Virus record (IMG/VR): IMGVR_UViG_3300035698_018106
Coordinates: 38,717 to 102,716 of that record
Reading direction: 5' to 3' (one strand)
Origin: a virus
DNA length: 64,000 bases
In this document: one piece after another, positions 17,924 through 27,904 of the stretch
How the letters are laid out: the number at the start of each line of letters is the position of its first letter
Numbering within the stretch: position 1 is the stretch's first letter
The notes under the pieces: model-generated
Told to the model about the DNA's origin: nothing
Database searches by the model: none
What the model saw: only the letters and a program-made list of their open reading frames with translations
Made by a program: the position numbers and the translations under genes

Positions 17924-19723
17924 TTAAAGGTCTACAGATGTATCTTCATCTCCTAATCCTAAATCTTCTCCACCATCATCTCCAAAGTCTCCACCACCAA
18001 CATCTCCAAAGTCTCCACCACCTCCTCCAAAATCTCCACCAGCTCCGCCGGCTCCATCACCAGCTGGGGCAGCACCACCTTTGGCTGCATTTAATCTGGC
18101 ATAAGCAGCCATTAATTTCTGTATTTCTATTTGTCGTGACTTGCGATATTTTTCATTAATTTTAATATCAATATCAGACATTTGCATATATTTCTCAACT
18201 AGAAATTTTGGATCAAAATAAGGTACATCTACTGGAGTTCCATCAGGACCTACACTAGGATGAGTAATGCCAGATAAGGTAGATACAAGTGCTGCCCCAG
18301 CAGAAGCAACTTCTCTTTCTTTTGCAACAGTAAATAAATTTTCTTCATTAAATAATAGTCCTATAGATCCTTTTAATTTTTTATCATTTTGAAATTCTGG
18401 ATGTTTAAGAACAAACTGATACCATAGAGGTTTTAAAAGTATATCTTTGTATATACTTCTAACTCTGTTAATAAAGTATGAGAATCTCATTTCTTCTCTA
18501 GCTATACCATCCCCACCGGAAGACCAATTCCCACCTTCGGCACCTCCACCACCTGAACCACCTGATTCAGCAAAAGAACTAAATCTACTTTCTGGGACTT
18601 TAGATTCAATTATAAATCGTAACCAAAAATATTTAAGAGATTCAGTATCTGACATATCATATCCTTCTGGTTTAAATGAATCAATCACTGTTTCCATTCC
18701 ATCTTTAGAAGGAATTATATAAGTTTTTCCAAAAGAAAAATTAGGTTGCCCATTAACAGTAACTTCTCCAGAATCATCAGTGATATTAATATCTTCTTTA
18801 TACATACCTCTTAATTCAGCAAGTCTAGTACGAGCCTTTGCTTCAGATTGAGATCCAATTGGAACTACAATTTTCATTCTATATTGAGCATTAATAACAT
18901 TCCATATAACTCTAGAATTTTCTAATGTTCTAAGCATATTAAATGATCTAACTAGTCTTTCTACATATGATAATCTGGATATAAAATTAGTTCTTGCCCA
19001 TGACATATAAATTAAATTAGCATCTAATAATTCTCTTTCTCTTTCAGAATCTCCTCTATATTGTACCCACACTTTATATTCATTACCTGCATCGTCTTTT
19101 TTAAGTTCAGGTTCTAATGAAATTGGATCTAATTCTTTAAAACCGATTACATTTTCTGCATCTCCTTTATCATTCTGATCATATATAATTTCAAATGATA
19201 AAAAACCATCAATTAATAATTTTTTAATATAATGCCATGCATCATGACTTCCATTAAATCCAAAAGCATAATAAATCTTTTTAAATGCTGAGTTTAGATC
19301 ATCAATTACTTCTTTTGCTTTATCTTCTTTTAAAACAGATTTAAGAATTCTAGTATTAGGATATGCAAAATATCCATTATCATCATTAATAATAGTTTCA
19401 TCAGCAATTACTTCTAAAACATGTTCAATTTCACCATTCATTGCAAATCGTCTAAGGAAATCTCTTCTTGTTGGATATTCTTTATCATAAAACGCGATAA
19501 ATTCCTTTTGACCTATATCTGATCCAGAGAAAATATGTGATTGACCATAAAGGTTATACATATTATCCTCAGTTGCTTCAGTAATACCAACAGCTCTAGA
19601 TTGTTTGATGAGTTTATCATCCCATTTCATTCCAATTGCTGATAAATATCTTATATTTTTTTGTATTTTAGAGATTATACCAGATGGTCTACCATCCATA
19701 GTTCTCAAAGTAAATCCTGCCAT
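17924..19723 (-). CDS. Portal protein, T4 gp20-like
   Basis: Stretches resembling gp20 (DFLRRFAMNGEIEHVLEVIADETIINDDNG, GSHDAWHYIKKLLIDGF, FKELDPISLEP). Gly/Asp-rich acidic C-terminal tail. Confidence 0.55.
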   Translation of the reverse strand: MAGFTLRTMDGRPSGIISKIQKNIRYLSAIGMKWDDKLIKQSRAVGITEATEDNMYNLYGQSHIFSGSDIGQKEFIAFYDKEYPTRRDFLRRFAMNGEIEHVLEVIADETIINDDNGYFAYPNTRILKSVLKEDKAKEVIDDLNSAFKKIYYAFGFNGSHDAWHYIKKLLIDGFLSFEIIYDQNDKGDAENVIGFKELDPISLEPELKKDDAGNEYKVWVQYRGDSERERELLDANLIYMSWARTNFISRLSYVERLVRSFNMLRTLENSRVIWNVINAQYRMKIVVPIGSQSEAKARTRLAELRGMYKEDINITDDSGEVTVNGQPNFSFGKTYIIPSKDGMETVIDSFKPEGYDMSDTESLKYFWLRFIIESKVPESRFSSFAESGGSGGGGAEGGNWSSGGDGIAREEMRFSYFINRVRSIYKDILLKPLWYQFVLKHPEFQNDKKLKGSIGLLFNEENLFTVAKEREVASAGAALVSTLSGITHPSVGPDGTPVDVPYFDPKFLVEKYMQMSDIDIKINEKYRKSRQIEIQKLMAAYARLNAAKGGAAPAGDGAGGAGGDFGGGGGDFGDVGGGDFGDDGGEDLGLGDEDTSVDL

Positions 19724-19760
19724 TATTTTTTAATTAAAATTTAATTGTTTTATTATATAT

Positions 19761-20432
19761 TTATCTAGATTTCCAATATGATTTGTAAATATCATTAAAG
19801 TTAATACCTTTTATAGCATTCTTTGGACTATAAAAAGGAATATAATCCCATTCACAATATTCAATCATACGAATATTAGCTATATTTCTTAAATTATATT
19901 TTCGGAATGCATAATTAAAGTTAGATCCAGATTTTTGGATAAATGCTTTTAATAACATTTGACCTAAAACAGAACTAGCTATTGTAATAAATTTTTTGTT
20001 TAATACTAATTCATCATTTTGAGTCTTTTTTTCTAAATCTCCAAAAAATGATTTATATGAGTTATAATATGTACTCAAAAAAGATAAACGTTCTATATCA
20101 GGTAATAAATTAAAATTTACTCCTGATAACATCCCATCTCTAATACCAGTGCAAAAAACCATTGGAACTACATCAATATATGATTTATTTTTAGGAAGTT
20201 CATTAATGCCTAATTGTGGCGGGTAAATAAAAGTATATACTGATCCAGGGAGCGGATATCCTCCATTTTTTGATAATATTAAACTCTCTTGATCTGTAGA
20301 TTCCCATTCCCATAATTTATCATCCCCTTTTTTATTTTCTAAAATATACTTAACGAATAATGTATCATAAGATAATTTTAATATCCCATTAATATCTCGT
20401 AATTCTTTAAACCTACTTATTGGATCTTTCAT
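19761..20432 (-). CDS. Hypothetical protein
   Basis: 223 aa ORF. Confidence 0.4.
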   Translation of the reverse strand: MKDPISRFKELRDINGILKLSYDTLFVKYILENKKGDDKLWEWESTDQESLILSKNGGYPLPGSVYTFIYPPQLGINELPKNKSYIDVVPMVFCTGIRDGMLSGVNFNLLPDIERLSFLSTYYNSYKSFFGDLEKKTQNDELVLNKKFITIASSVLGQMLLKAFIQKSGSNFNYAFRKYNLRNIANIRMIEYCEWDYIPFYSPKNAIKGINFNDIYKSYWKSR

Positions 20433-20691
20433 ACTCTTTTTTAAATTCTTTTAAACCATAAGAGAAATCTACAAATATATTTAAAACTCTATCAGCTTCT
20501 AAACGTTGTTGGTATTTAATCCATATTGGATGGTTTTCATCAAAATAAATCTCGGTGTATTCATAATCATCATGATCACAATGTAAACAAGCCATTCCAT
20601 TGAAATTTGTTTCTTCAGATCTTAACATTTCTCCTTTACAATTTGGGCAAATAGGTATACCTGGATTAATATCATAAATTCTTCCGCTCAT
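20413..20691 (-). CDS. Zinc-ribbon protein
   Basis: CPNCKGE...CLHCDHDD. Confidence 0.4.
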   Translation of the reverse strand: MSGRIYDINPGIPICPNCKGEMLRSEETNFNGMACLHCDHDDYEYTEIYFDENHPIWIKYQQRLEADRVLNIFVDFSYGLKEFKKEYERSNK

Positions 20692-20692
20692 A

Positions 20693-21319
20693 TTACATGT
20701 GTCTAGGTGGTTTTTCGTGCCAAAATCGGCCTGTTATTTTTTCTAATATATGTTCAGTAAACACAAAGAATTTAACTCCATTTTTTTCTGCCCAACCTTT
20801 AAGAGCAGCAAATTTTGCTTCATTAATAAGATATTCTTTTGCTGCATTATTGAAAGACCTTTGAATTTTTAAAGGTGCATCTCTATCAGGTGGTATAGGT
20901 TTAATTAATTTTTTAGCAGGTTTAATTTCAACAAACATTTTTTCAAATTCTCCTTCACCTCTATCTAATTCAAACCAAAAATCTGTGTTATAGTTTTTAA
21001 CTTCCCAATTGGCTGGATCATTTGGATTTAATCCAAGTTTTGAACATTCTTCTAATCTAGAAACTCTATCATAATAAGGGACTGTAACAGGTTCGGATGA
21101 CCATTTAGTTACAGATTTTGACATATCACAATATCTACAAAAGGAATATTCCCAAGCACTTCTGAATATAACTAATTCAGGATCGCCAATATATTTAGCT
21201 TTATTTTCTACTCTATAATAGCCTTGATGAGTAGTACCTTTTTTTAAACTTCCATTAGCATTATATTTATTTGCAGATGGTTTGTGCCAGTTTTTATAGC
21301 TAGAATTGTGATCAGACAT
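20693..21319 (-). CDS. Hypothetical protein
   Basis: 208 aa ORF. Confidence 0.4.
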   Translation of the reverse strand: MSDHNSSYKNWHKPSANKYNANGSLKKGTTHQGYYRVENKAKYIGDPELVIFRSAWEYSFCRYCDMSKSVTKWSSEPVTVPYYDRVSRLEECSKLGLNPNDPANWEVKNYNTDFWFELDRGEGEFEKMFVEIKPAKKLIKPIPPDRDAPLKIQRSFNNAAKEYLINEAKFAALKGWAEKNGVKFFVFTEHILEKITGRFWHEKPPRHM

Positions 21320-21352
21320 ACGTCAGTGATATTAAGTTATACATATTATATA

Positions 21353-21700
21353 TTATAAGTTATAGATAGCATGGTGACTAATAGATATCTTAGATGACTT
21401 TGGCATATGTCCATATAATTTTCTCCAACCTTTAGCAAAGCCATTTTTTATAACCTGTGTATAATAAGCGAATGCATTTTGTGATTTCGCTGGATCATAT
21501 CCTCTCCAATATTGAAAACAATCCATGATAGCTACTGAAATACAATCTTCTTTATCTTCAGAATATACATAAGTTAATTTATTAGCGAATTTTCTAGACA
21601 TTAATATTAACATATCTAGTGCTACCGGTGTCAATTCATCTAATTCTTTAGATTTAAGTATCTCTTCTCTTAAATCGCGATTTTTTACATGGTGTGCCAT
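21353..21700 (-). CDS. Late-transcription sigma factor, T4 gp55-like
   Basis: LDMLILMSRKFANKLTYVYS and QNAFAYYTQVIKNGFAKGWRK parallel gp55 [20 protein letters not shown] and [23 protein letters not shown]. Confidence 0.5.
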   Translation of the reverse strand: MAHHVKNRDLREEILKSKELDELTPVALDMLILMSRKFANKLTYVYSEDKEDCISVAIMDCFQYWRGYDPAKSQNAFAYYTQVIKNGFAKGWRKLYGHMPKSSKISISHHAIYNL

Positions 21701-21821
21701 ATTTTATTTTTTAATTTAATCTTAACAACTATTTGTTTTTTATTATGATTTTTTTGGTTAATTTTATATGTGAATAACATTTGCAACAACACTTATAAAA
21801 TTAGATATAATTATTATATCA

Positions 21822-21852
21822 CAAAAAGCGCCACAAGTTTTGAGGCGCTTTA
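21822..21852. terminator. GC-rich hairpin terminator, followed on the minus strand by TTTTTGTGATATAAT
   Basis: AGCGCCACAAG-TTT-TGAGGCGCT hairpin. Confidence 0.6.
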
Positions 21853-21874
21853 AATATTTAATTATTAATGAGAA

Positions 21875-22153
21875 TTATCTTATAAATCTAGCTACATTAT
21901 TAAGTTTTTGAAGTTGTTTGTTTTGTCTAAGCAACTCTTCAGTATGTCTACTTAATAGAGTATCCATTTCAGGTATTTTAACATCTAAATATGTTTTCAT
22001 TAAACTAAATTCAACTACAACATCATCAATCTTTTTACTATATTTAGGCTGTACTACAGTTACATCTATAATCATATATGAATATAATGAAAGTAAAATT
22101 AATATTGTTATAATTATTGACCATGTTCGTTTAGATATAGATAAATTTTTCAT
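21875..22153 (-). CDS. Small membrane protein
   Basis: One transmembrane helix. Confidence 0.35.
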   Translation of the reverse strand: MKNLSISKRTWSIIITILILLSLYSYMIIDVTVVQPKYSKKIDDVVVEFSLMKTYLDVKIPEMDTLLSRHTEELLRQNKQLQKLNNVARFIR

Positions 22154-22158
22154 TATTC

Positions 22159-22653
22159 TTATTTTTTTTGTTGAGAAACACTAATCTTATGTTTTAGTGA
22201 TATATCTTCATTTTCTTCTTTAAATTCTTCTAATTCTTTAGGTATATATGCCTTTTTAATTTTATCAAAAGATTCATTTAAAATTGTGATATATTCTAAT
22301 ATATCGCCTGTATTCTCTCCTCCTTTTCTAAGTAGAATATCAAATTTTTTGTTTGTATTTTCATTTAATTCTCCTACTAAAGTGTAAATATTATCTAAAT
22401 ACAATATTACACCATTATTATATTCTGTTTGGAAATCTTGGAATGTTTCAAAATTATTAATCAACTTATATGTTGATTCAATAGATCGTTCTATTTCAGC
22501 TAATTCAACTTTTTGACTTTTGGTCACTTTATTTGCAAATAACAAATAACTAAGCATTATTATAACAGAAACCACCAAAATATATTTTAGTGGTTTAGGC
22601 GTTTTTTCATAGAAATTATTTAAATTAAATTTGTCTAATGGTATTATTCCCAT
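22159..22653 (-). CDS. Membrane-anchored protein
   Basis: One N-terminal transmembrane helix. Confidence 0.35.
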   Translation of the reverse strand: MGIIPLDKFNLNNFYEKTPKPLKYILVVSVIIMLSYLLFANKVTKSQKVELAEIERSIESTYKLINNFETFQDFQTEYNNGVILYLDNIYTLVGELNENTNKKFDILLRKGGENTGDILEYITILNESFDKIKKAYIPKELEEFKEENEDISLKHKISVSQQKK

Positions 22654-22710
22654 ATTTTTAATGACATTTTATATATATACCTGTAATTAGGTCTTATTTT
22701 ATTTTTTTAA

Positions 22711-25551
22711 TTAAACACTTAATGTTTTAACTAAAGCTATAGGTGCAGCAGAGAATTCTTGTTCCTGTCCAGAACCTTTTATGATTCTAACTTCTGCCGA
22801 ATCTCCAATACCTGCTGTATAATCAATAATATTAACTAAAATATTTTCTATTGCTTCACCTGATTCTTCATCTATTAATACGCCTTCTGTATAATTGTCC
22901 GGATTTGCAAAATCATTAACATCTTCAAATATTCTAATACGTTCTTTAGGTAATATCGACGATCTTCCTTCTATTATAACTCTTATTGGACTATCATTTT
23001 TAGCTTCTTCCCATTCATTAAACATAACGAAACAATCATTAGTTTTAACAGGTGTCGAACCCATATATATTCCACATTTAACGTATTGTTCAAATAATGT
23101 CTTTGTAGTTAAATTTTGCAATGTTTTTTTATCAAATTCAAAAGGTGGTTTTACTAAAGGCTCTGGCTTTTCATGAGCACCTTTTATTTTTGAAGGATTT
23201 GCTTTTATAGTAGATCCTTGTACTTGAACAATAAAATCACCATCACTGGTTTGACTTATTATAGATCCTTTATTTTTATCTATAATTACATCATCTCCTA
23301 GTTGAAGATCTTCTTTTAATTGTTTAGTGTTTTTTTTTCCATTGACAGATTCTACAACTTTCTTTTTAAGGAATATTCTTGGAGCATTTGGAGCTTTTTC
23401 TTTGGCTTCAACATCTTCAACTTCAGCATCTCCACCATCAGATTTTTCTAAATCAGATTTTTCTAATTCTTCAGGTGCTATTGAATTTGGCTCGGCTTCT
23501 AATTCTTCACCTTCAACTTCTAAAGCTTCATCATCATTATCTCCTTCTTCAGATATATCTTTATTAGGATCATAACTTTCTCCTTCAGCTTCATCAGTGG
23601 CTTCTTCATCTTCATCTTCATCTTTTAAACCTAACTCATCATCTTCGGCTCCATCTTCGGCAGCTACATCTAGATTTTCTTCATCTGTATCTTCACTACC
23701 TTCGGTGCCTAAATCAGTTTCTTCGGAATCATCCCCTTCAGTTCCTTCAGTTCCTTCATCTTCAGTTCCTTCATCTTCCTCGGCATCTGAAGCAGCTTCG
23801 GCAGCATCAGCGGTTGCTTCAACATTATCAACTCCTAAATCTACTTCATCAGCTTGCATAGATGGAGAATCACCTAATAATTCAGATTGATCATCGTCAA
23901 ATGTAATTTGACTTGCTGGTTCTGTTTCCATATTCTCAGCACCTATAACAGTACCTGCTGTTTGATCGGTTGTTTCTCCTTTGGCAGTAGAACTTGGTTC
24001 TGGGATTGGAACAGTATATTTTTGCCCATCAACATCAATAGTTACAGTTGTACCTTCTGATACTTCAGTATATTTCTCAATATGATTAACATAATCTTTA
24101 TATTCAGTTTTAACATCAGCTAATTCTTCTTTTAATATAGAAATTACGTCAGTAGATGCAGAATTATCAATATTATTAAATTGATCAATCTTTTCATTTA
24201 ATGATCTTATGTAATCTAAATATCCTTTTTTAGTTTCATCAATTTGAGCTAATATTTTAGTTTTATTTGGTAAAATATCTGCAAATGTTTTTGAAACATC
24301 AAAATGCATATGTTCATTCATTATCTTTTCAGCCTGTATAGGATTGATATTTCTAAAGAATGTTGCTTTGTTATTATTTGGATCAAATGTTGAAATGAAT
24401 ATATTGTTGCGCAATTTAATAATATCTGCAGCATGAGATTCATCTAGTTTCATATAAACTCTTTTAGCAAAATCTATTTCAACTATTTCATCAAAATTAG
24501 TTTTTAATCTTTCGGCTAACATAAAGAAATTAGTATTTCCTGTCCATTGTGAAAGTTCAGTTGCATCCTTTAATTCGGTCTCATTCATTACATGTGTATT
24601 GATTTCAACAGAATTTTCATTAATAACTGCCTTATCATTCCCAATATATAATGTTATGTCATTTTTAGAAATTTCAACGTTTGGTAAGTTAACAGCTTCA
24701 CATAATGATTTAAAATTTTCATCTAATCCAGCAGCTTGATTTTTTTTGAGTTTATTAACATTATTACCTTTTTTAACATAAAAAGTACCTTTAACATTAA
24801 ATACTACTTCATTTTCTCCTAAATACATAAGTGGGGAAAATACTTTTTCAATAGCAACTTCAGTATTTGCATATTCTAATTGCAAATCCTTAGCATCTGT
24901 CATCACAATATTAATAATATCGTGAATAAAAGGATCATAACTAAATTTAACTAAAGTTTCTTTTAAAATACTTTTAGTTTGTTCAGATTTTTCGGCTAAA
25001 TATTTATTAACAACATCTTCAATAAGAGGTAAAAGATAACTACTCTTAGTTGATTTCATGGTTTCGATTATCTTAGTGATATCGATATCATTTTTATATT
25101 TTGTTGCTTTTTCTGAAAGAGTTTGTATTTGTTTTGAAACATCAGGCATCCAAGTATATTCAGATGATAACACATTAATAAATTCTTCATATATTAAAAC
25201 TTCTGGATACTGATTAACTTTTTCTTCAAAATGTTCTAATATACCTGAAAGAGTTTCATCATTCTTTGCATCACTTTCTTTAAGACTATTAATAGCCTTT
25301 CTTACACCTATGTTCTTAATTGAAAAAAGACGTTTTTCGTTATCTAACCACTCTGATATTAAATCATCAGTTGGATGTTTTTCTAATCCTTCAAAAAGAT
25401 TTTCTAAAGCTACTCTCTCTATTTCAAATCTTGCTTCTGGGGTTACGCTATTATAAATTGCAGAACTCATAGCTGCTATAGTAGTTTCACAAAGTGATTT
25501 TACTTGCCCTATAGTAGTTGTTCTTTTAAGTTTATTAATTTTTGCTATCAT
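22711..25551 (-). CDS. Large virion-associated protein with a ~170-aa poly-acidic low-complexity region
   Basis: 946 aa. The central D/E/G/T-rich tract (DEGTEDEGTEGTEGDDSEE...) is encoded by repetitive gaa/gat DNA. CATAAATATATAAT sits upstream. Confidence 0.45.
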   Translation of the reverse strand: MIAKINKLKRTTTIGQVKSLCETTIAAMSSAIYNSVTPEARFEIERVALENLFEGLEKHPTDDLISEWLDNEKRLFSIKNIGVRKAINSLKESDAKNDETLSGILEHFEEKVNQYPEVLIYEEFINVLSSEYTWMPDVSKQIQTLSEKATKYKNDIDITKIIETMKSTKSSYLLPLIEDVVNKYLAEKSEQTKSILKETLVKFSYDPFIHDIINIVMTDAKDLQLEYANTEVAIEKVFSPLMYLGENEVVFNVKGTFYVKKGNNVNKLKKNQAAGLDENFKSLCEAVNLPNVEISKNDITLYIGNDKAVINENSVEINTHVMNETELKDATELSQWTGNTNFFMLAERLKTNFDEIVEIDFAKRVYMKLDESHAADIIKLRNNIFISTFDPNNNKATFFRNINPIQAEKIMNEHMHFDVSKTFADILPNKTKILAQIDETKKGYLDYIRSLNEKIDQFNNIDNSASTDVISILKEELADVKTEYKDYVNHIEKYTEVSEGTTVTIDVDGQKYTVPIPEPSSTAKGETTDQTAGTVIGAENMETEPASQITFDDDQSELLGDSPSMQADEVDLGVDNVEATADAAEAASDAEEDEGTEDEGTEGTEGDDSEETDLGTEGSEDTDEENLDVAAEDGAEDDELGLKDEDEDEEATDEAEGESYDPNKDISEEGDNDDEALEVEGEELEAEPNSIAPEELEKSDLEKSDGGDAEVEDVEAKEKAPNAPRIFLKKKVVESVNGKKNTKQLKEDLQLGDDVIIDKNKGSIISQTSDGDFIVQVQGSTIKANPSKIKGAHEKPEPLVKPPFEFDKKTLQNLTTKTLFEQYVKCGIYMGSTPVKTNDCFVMFNEWEEAKNDSPIRVIIEGRSSILPKERIRIFEDVNDFANPDNYTEGVLIDEESGEAIENILVNIIDYTAGIGDSAEVRIIKGSGQEQEFSAAPIALVKTLSV

Positions 25552-25629
25552 GCTCTTTCAATTATTTTGTTGAAGATATTTTTATTATATATTTATGTCT
25601 TGTATCAAAAAGCTGTCTTTTTCAATACT

Positions 25630-27000
25630 TTAGACTATCTTTAAATTTTTTATTACACCAAACACATCATTATTCACACTATTTGCTATATGAAGATCAA
25701 TTTCCTTATAGTTAATACTTCCTGGAAATATTATACTAGCATCAGGTGTAACCCAGACAGGATTTGATGGATCTATCTTATAATGTTTTATGTTTATAAA
25801 TATTTCATTATCTTTTGTGTATATTTTTCTATTTTCATCATCTGTCATTTCTAATATTATTCCAATACTTGTATCTTCTAATGGACCTGCTGATGTAGTA
25901 AAATAGCCGGCGTCATTTAAACTAGTATCTGTTGTATCAAAATACCCTTCATTTAATATCATAAAGGATTCAGATGTAATTTTTTTGGTATTTAAATCTG
26001 GAATTATTGATATAGAAGGAGTTCTATATACTTTTACAGAACTAGTTTCTTCCCATGTTATAATTGGTTCTTTAAAATCTGTAAATGTATCAGGGATATC
26101 CCATATCCAATATTCATGATTTTCAATACCTTTTTCAATAATATTCCACTCATTTGTATTTGAATATAACCAATAAGCATCAACTTTAGCTAATACTCCG
26201 TTTTCTCTTGTGAAATTCCATTCAATCATCAATGGATACGATTTTGGGATAGTTAGTCCAGAACTTGGAGATTTAATTTCTATTTTGCCATCATTTTTCT
26301 CATCATGATCATAGATTCTATAACCTATACTTTTCATTGTATTATCTGCCGACATTTCTGTAGTTGGATCAAATACAGGTTGATATGTTTCTGCTTCTAT
26401 AGTAAAAGTGATCTTAATTCTATTATCAGTCTCAAATGAATATTCTATTAACTTATCTATTAAGATGTCCTCAGAGAAGCCTGCAGTGCACCCTAGCCGC
26501 ATCCCTTTATAATATACATAAAACGTTTTTGTCTTATAAAAAACCTCGCGGATGGCTTGTTCAATTTTTAATGCAGTTGTATGTGTATCAATCCACATTT
26601 CACAATCAAACTTAATAGTAAGAGGTATTGAATATAAAAATGATACAAATGAATTAAGGTGTCCATCTGTTTCTTTAACATAACGTCCTTGTACAAATCT
26701 GTTAGTTATCCGTGTAGCATCAATATTTGCACCAGTATAAGTTATAACACCCCTAGGTATTCTATCAAAATTACCATCAACAGGCTTAGGAAATTTACAA
26801 TCAGCATAATGAGTATAAAAATCTTGCATAAATCTTTCATCACCAGATTGATTATAATACCATGGCACTTCTACTTTTTCTACTTCTTTATTAGACCATA
26901 CTTGATTGTATTTAATCTGATTGTTGAGAATATCTAACATACCGGCAATTACAGCCCTAGATATTAAATCCTCATTATTATAAGTGTTATATAACGACAT
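25630..27000 (-). CDS. Putative structural protein
   Basis: 456 aa. An ATAGATATATAATAAAA motif lies upstream. Confidence 0.35.
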   Translation of the reverse strand: MSLYNTYNNEDLISRAVIAGMLDILNNQIKYNQVWSNKEVEKVEVPWYYNQSGDERFMQDFYTHYADCKFPKPVDGNFDRIPRGVITYTGANIDATRITNRFVQGRYVKETDGHLNSFVSFLYSIPLTIKFDCEMWIDTHTTALKIEQAIREVFYKTKTFYVYYKGMRLGCTAGFSEDILIDKLIEYSFETDNRIKITFTIEAETYQPVFDPTTEMSADNTMKSIGYRIYDHDEKNDGKIEIKSPSSGLTIPKSYPLMIEWNFTRENGVLAKVDAYWLYSNTNEWNIIEKGIENHEYWIWDIPDTFTDFKEPIITWEETSSVKVYRTPSISIIPDLNTKKITSESFMILNEGYFDTTDTSLNDAGYFTTSAGPLEDTSIGIILEMTDDENRKIYTKDNEIFINIKHYKIDPSNPVWVTPDASIIFPGSINYKEIDLHIANSVNNDVFGVIKNLKIV

Positions 27001-27054
27001 TGAAATGTTTCTTTTATTATATATCTATATAAAAACAGTATAACGCAGAAAATC

Positions 27055-27825
27055 TTATCTAATAAATTCTCGAATGCCTGAATAATGTATATCTTTATTA
27101 TTATCACGAATTATAAATCGCTTTTTTTCAATTACTATTAATTCTATAATGTCTTTTATTTCATAACTTAAATTTAATGAATCTAATATTTTTTGAATAT
27201 CAAAGTTAACATCATATAAAAATATTCTATCTACATCGATATACAATATATTAGAAGTATATTTATAAATCATTCTTTTAAATACATCTCCTGTATAATT
27301 AGCTATATCTTCTGGACTATCAGCATATATAAAAAAGTCAGATCCTTTATAATTTAAAGCTCCCCATGTATAATTTAATAAAACCTTAAGTAGAAAATAA
27401 GTTTCAGGATTACCATGTTTTTTTACTTCAACTCTTTTATAAAATAAATTTTGAAATAAATTACCGAATTCAAATATATTAAAATTTATTGCATTATTAT
27501 TGATAAGATTTACTAAACTATTTGGATAAAGAGAATTAAATTCAATAACTTTACAGTCTTTATGTATTCTCATCTTAGCTTTATTATTTAACATTACTGT
27601 ACCGCATCGATTAGAATCAATACGTTCTAAATTATTTTGAGTTTTATATCCAGGATAAAATATATCTAATAATTTTTTAATTATCTGATTATAATCAGAT
27701 AAACTGAAACTAGATCCATTTAATTTATTTAAAATAAAGCTAGATCCATTTAATTTATAATCTTTAGTAAAATGGTAAGAATCAAGAACAGAACATAGTT
27801 CTTTAGTGGAAATAATAGTTTTCAT
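27055..27825 (-). CDS. Family B DNA polymerase motif A-like fragment (EFNSLYPNSL) with an internal 30-bp tandem duplication
   Basis: KVIEFNSLYPNSLV matches Pol B motif A (DxxSLYPS), but Glu replaces Asp. KLNGSSF is repeated twice. Confidence 0.35.
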   Translation of the reverse strand: MKTIISTKELCSVLDSYHFTKDYKLNGSSFILNKLNGSSFSLSDYNQIIKKLLDIFYPGYKTQNNLERIDSNRCGTVMLNNKAKMRIHKDCKVIEFNSLYPNSLVNLINNNAINFNIFEFGNLFQNLFYKRVEVKKHGNPETYFLLKVLLNYTWGALNYKGSDFFIYADSPEDIANYTGDVFKRMIYKYTSNILYIDVDRIFLYDVNFDIQKILDSLNLSYEIKDIIELIVIEKKRFIIRDNNKDIHYSGIREFIR

Positions 27826-27904
27826 AAGAATTTATCTTTTAATTTTAGGGAAATTATCCCATTTAAAAATTATATGTATGAAATATAAATAAGTTTTATA
27901 TTCT

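Noticed and set aside
23327-23890. Plus-strand Ser-rich ORFs (23327..23575, 23379..23567, 23597..23890), plus 22895..23176
   Set aside because: They are antisense products of the repetitive acidic-tract coding DNA of the 946-aa gene and are low complexity.
27250-27500. KVLLNYTWG and YADSPED in ORF 27055..27825 as polymerase motifs B and C
   Set aside because: They lie only about 50 aa after the motif A-like segment, too close for a real Pol B palm. Genuine motifs B and C are present in ORF 41816..42991, so this is likely a chance resemblance.
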